Positions 60,951-64,000 of a DNA stretch of 64,000 bases are shown here, one piece after another. The DNA comes from Blastocatellia bacterium (GTDB lineage: Bacteria; Acidobacteriota; Blastocatellia; UBA7656): positions 288,001-352,000 of the forward strand of contig CAVXWP010000008.1 in NCBI GenBank assembly GCA_963765495.1, in the 5' to 3' direction. The number at the start of each line of letters is the position of its first letter. Position 1 is the first letter of the stretch. The notes under the pieces are model-generated. The model ran no database searches and was not told the DNA's origin. It worked only from the letters and a program-made list of their open reading frames with translations. The position numbers and the translations under genes were made by a program.

Positions 60951-61004
60951 GAAGGGTCAAAGTGATCAGCACAGCCCCCGTTGCCCTGATCATTTTGACC
61001 CTTC
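60951..61004. terminator. Hairpin, probable terminator
   Basis: gaagggtcaaagtgatcag ... ctgatcattttgacccttc followed by a T-rich tract. Confidence 0.65.
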
Positions 61005-61087
61005 CGTTCTTTTTGAAGCTCGCCATAATGGACTGCAATCTGGATGCCATGTTATTGTGAAAGAAACGTGTGTTGTAAGTCGTGTTA

Positions 61088-61100
61088 AATCAATAGGTTA
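61088..61100 (+). promoter_or_regulatory. IHF-consensus site
   Basis: AATCAA-TAGG-TTA matches WATCAANNNNTTR. Confidence 0.4.
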
Positions 61101-61334
61101 TTGAGGGCTTTGGAAGGGGTAGGATTTCGAAGCTTACAAATTTTGGTAAGTTGTAGATACGAAATTTTGTTACCTGTCATATGTGCTGAATCTGGTGGCC
61201 TAAAGTAAAATTGTGATTGTGACAATATAGATCGATCTGTGATCGCTTAGAGGCTTTGACTGAAAAAGAATTCGCGAGATATTATGAATCTGGGTTCTCT
61301 TGGGTTTCTGGACTAGCAGTAAAGAGGAAGCGAT

Positions 61335-62330
61335 ATGCGAATATTGATAACAGGTGGCGCGGGATTTCTTGGCTCACATCTTGTTGACAGGTTGATGGAT
61401 AATGATCATGAAGTAATCGTTTTTGATAATCTCGTGACTGGGCGTGCAGCAAATATTGAGCATCATTTGGGAAAAGCCCACTTCCGCTTTGTTAAGCAAG
61501 ATGTCACAGAATACTTGTATGTAAAAGGCTCATTAGATGCTGTGGTCCATTTTGCTTCTCCAGCCAGTCCCATAGACTATTTACAATTGCCGATACAGAC
61601 TTTGAAAGTAGGCAGTTTGGGAACGCATAAGGCACTTGGTTTGGCGAAGGAGAAAAATGCTCGTTTTCTTCTTGCCTCGACTTCTGAAGTTTACGGCGAT
61701 CCTGATGTGCACCCTCAGAAGGAAACTTATTGGGGAAATGTCAACCCGGTTGGTCCCCGGGGCGTTTATGATGAAGCCAAGAGATTTGCAGAGGCAATGG
61801 TTATGGCCTATCATCGAGTTCATGGGTTGGATACGCGTATAGTGAGGATATTCAACACTTATGGGAGTAGGATGCGGCCAAATGATGGAAGAGTGGTGTC
61901 GAATTTTATTGTGCAGGCCATAAATGGTGAGCCTCTTACCATTTATGGTAGTGGGAAGCAGACCCGGTCATTTTGTTATGTCAGTGATTTGATCGATGGA
62001 ATAATAAAGTTATTGATGTATTCTGAAGAAGGGAAATATCAAGAGGATGTAGGGAATATTCACCTGCCTGTGAATATAGGCAATCCTCAGGAGTTCAGTG
62101 TGCTTGAATTAGCAGAGAAGGTTATAGCCCTTTCGGGGACAGGGAGTAGAATTGAATTCCATCCGCTTCCAATCGATGACCCGCAGGTCAGGCAGCCAAA
62201 TATTGAAAGGGCTCAAAATCTTTTGGAATGGGAACCTACTGTCTCTCTTGACCAGGGGCTTGAGAAAACTTTTTCTTATTTCAGGAGTTTAAGAGCTTTT
62301 CAACTCGAGTCTGATAACGATACGGAATAA
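61335..62330 (+). CDS. UDP-glucuronate decarboxylase (UDP-xylose synthase) family
   Basis: [39 protein letters not shown] and [10 protein letters not shown]. Confidence 0.93.
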   Translation: MRILITGGAGFLGSHLVDRLMDNDHEVIVFDNLVTGRAANIEHHLGKAHFRFVKQDVTEYLYVKGSLDAVVHFASPASPIDYLQLPIQTLKVGSLGTHKALGLAKEKNARFLLASTSEVYGDPDVHPQKETYWGNVNPVGPRGVYDEAKRFAEAMVMAYHRVHGLDTRIVRIFNTYGSRMRPNDGRVVSNFIVQAINGEPLTIYGSGKQTRSFCYVSDLIDGIIKLLMYSEEGKYQEDVGNIHLPVNIGNPQEFSVLELAEKVIALSGTGSRIEFHPLPIDDPQVRQPNIERAQNLLEWEPTVSLDQGLEKTFSYFRSLRAFQLESDNDTE

Positions 62331-62332
62331 TT

Positions 62333-63391
62333 ATGAGAATTAAAGTCTACCCAAACATAAGTAAGTGGAAGAAGTGTCTGTTTTTCATTTTGCTAAGTCT
62401 TATAATTTTGTATCCTCGAGTTGAGTCGTTTGGTCAGGAAGTGGACCAGAGACGTGGAAGAGATAAATCGGGGCGAGATGAGAAGGCAATTAAACTGAAT
62501 GCAACGCTCGTGCAGGTTCCTGTCATAGTCAGTGATTTGGGGGGTAGGTACACTACGGATTTGAAGAAGGAGGACTTTGAATTATTTGAGGATGGTGTTG
62601 AGCAAGATATTGAATTGTTTGGGTCGGTGGAAGAGCCTTTTAGTGTTGCTTTGTTGTTGGATAGTAGTGGGTCTACGGCTGAACAGTTGGCATTGATTAA
62701 AAAGGCGGCATTGGTCTTTATTGGGAATTTGAGGGCTCAGGATAAGGTTATGGTGTTTTCTTTTAATGATAGTGTTCAACAGATGTGTCCTCTTACTGGT
62801 GATAGGAATATTTTAAGGAATGCGATCGAGACAATAGAAAGCGGAGAATATACACAAGTTTATGAGGCAGTTTATACTGCGGTTTGGGAAAGGTTGAGGG
62901 GAGTTAGTGGTAGGAAGGCTGTCATAATGTTTTCCGATGGGATTGATACAGCGAGCAGTGAAATTGATGCTGAAGATACACTGGATGCGGTAGTAGAGAC
63001 AGAGGATATTATTATTTATCCAATTAGGTATAACACAAAGGCGGATGTAATTGAGAAGCTCGTTCGTAGGAGGGAAGGAGATTTGAAAGTTAGTCATTCC
63101 GCTGAAGCAAGTAAGTCTTGGGAAGAGACAATTAAGAGTTTAGATGACACTTATCGAGTGGCAGATGATTATCTGTCGCAGCTTGCTGAGTTGTCGGGGG
63201 GAGTTTTGGAGCGTGCGGACAGATTAGAAGATTTGGAGCAGGCATTTACAAGAATTGCTGAAGAGCTACGTCATCAGTATTTACTAGGGTACTATCCTAA
63301 GGATAGTGAAAGCAGGGGAATGGATCGAAGGATCAAGGTTAGAGTAAGACGTCCGAATTTAAGGGTAAGAGCCAGACCAGGGTATAAATAG
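62333..63391 (+). CDS. Acidobacterial-type VWFA domain protein
   Basis: LV.VPVIV.D, FEDGVEQ, MIDAS DSSGS, GRKAVIMFSDG, ELRHQY.LGYYP and RARPGY. Confidence 0.9.
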   Translation: MRIKVYPNISKWKKCLFFILLSLIILYPRVESFGQEVDQRRGRDKSGRDEKAIKLNATLVQVPVIVSDLGGRYTTDLKKEDFELFEDGVEQDIELFGSVEEPFSVALLLDSSGSTAEQLALIKKAALVFIGNLRAQDKVMVFSFNDSVQQMCPLTGDRNILRNAIETIESGEYTQVYEAVYTAVWERLRGVSGRKAVIMFSDGIDTASSEIDAEDTLDAVVETEDIIIYPIRYNTKADVIEKLVRRREGDLKVSHSAEASKSWEETIKSLDDTYRVADDYLSQLAELSGGVLERADRLEDLEQAFTRIAEELRHQYLLGYYPKDSESRGMDRRIKVRVRRPNLRVRARPGYK

Positions 63392-63452
63392 AATAAATAC
63401 GCGCGTCTGATAACGAACCCCCCTTGTTTTAATAGTGAAATGGAGTGGATTA

Positions 63453-64000
63453 GTGAAGAGGGATATATTGGATTTTCTTGAGAGGGTGTATGAGAAAGGT
63501 GGGTCGTTGGCTATTTTAACTTTTCTTAATAAGGAGAATTCTGTTCGTAAGGGAGTAAGTGTGTTAGATGGTCGTCTTGAGGGGGGGTATGGTGATATTG
63601 ATGTATATGAATTTGACTCTGGATGGTTGGGTGGGGACGATATTGGTGGGAGTGATGTGGTGGGTTTGGCTCAAGAGCAAGAAGTGATTATTGAGGTAAT
63701 GAGGCCGGAGCGTAGACTAATAGTATTTGGTGCAGGACATGTGGGGAAAGCTGTTGCAGAGCTTGGTCTTTTTGCTGGCTTTAAAGTGTTGGTAGTTGAT
63801 GATCGTGGGGACTTTCTGGAAATAGTTCGTAATGTCGATTCTGAGATTAGTGTATTGTGTGTTGACTATAATGAAAGTATTCAGGACATTGGAATTGATG
63901 AGTCTTGTAGTGTTGTTATTGTAACTAGAGGGCATCAATTTGATGAAATCTGTTTGAGTGAGGTCTTGAATTCTACTGCATCATATATAGGAATGATTGG
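63453..64000 (+). CDS. XdhC/CoxI-family Mo-hydroxylase accessory protein (3' end outside the window; not in the ORF track)
   Basis: Manual translation of an open frame from the GTG at 63453 gives RLIVFGAGHVGKAV, VVDDR, VVIVTRGHQFDEICL and YIGMI. Confidence 0.85.
   Translation, partial: MKRDILDFLERVYEKGGSLAILTFLNKENSVRKGVSVLDGRLEGGYGDIDVYEFDSGWLGGDDIGGSDVVGLAQEQEVIIEVMRPERRLIVFGAGHVGKAVAELGLFAGFKVLVVDDRGDFLEIVRNVDSEISVLCVDYNESIQDIGIDESCSVVIVTRGHQFDEICLSEVLNSTASYIGMI

Noticed and set aside
63717-63938. 73-aa minus-strand ORF
   Set aside because: It is antisense to the XdhC-like frame; its Asn/Thr richness reflects the compositional skew.
58000-64000. Prophage or genomic island explanation for the low-GC end
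   Set aside because: No integrase, transposase, phage gene, tRNA or att-like boundary; the change is gradual.

Overview
A chromosomal, gene-dense window of about 55 CDS. It probably comes from an Acidobacteriota genome, possibly Blastocatellia-like; this is inferred from the acidobacterial-type VWFA protein, the Ig-extended Pal and the intergenic repeat style. Most genes are housekeeping or envelope genes: mgtE, a PilN/PilO/pseudopilin cluster, an SSS transporter with a PIG-L protein, pruA, rsbW/rsbV, aroA/aroK, rqcH, the complete tolQRAB-pal-cpoB operon, menG/ubiE, tldD/tldE, lolA, maf, system II cytochrome c biogenesis genes, mscS and a UDP-GlcA decarboxylase. I recognised no rRNA, tRNA, CRISPR array, integrase or transposase. 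The main finding is that two ORFs on the minus strand (52651-52980 and 51382-52638) form one reading frame interrupted by an in-frame TGA in the context ETC-G-TGA, followed by SECIS-like hairpins. This predicts an exported selenoprotein of about 499 aa with a CxU motif, fusing a degenerate UshA/5'-nucleotidase-like domain to a four-CxxCH cytochrome c, about 1.7 kb from ccsB/ccsA. Other notable items are a CuA-type cupredoxin fused to a probable outer-membrane beta-barrel, a Cys-to-Val pseudo-caspase with TPRs, a Pal with two Ig-like spacer domains, a PotC-PotD fusion, a 130-nt structured intergenic element after cpoB, several heptamer-based intergenic palindromes, and a steep G-over-C, AT-rich compositional gradient toward the right end.
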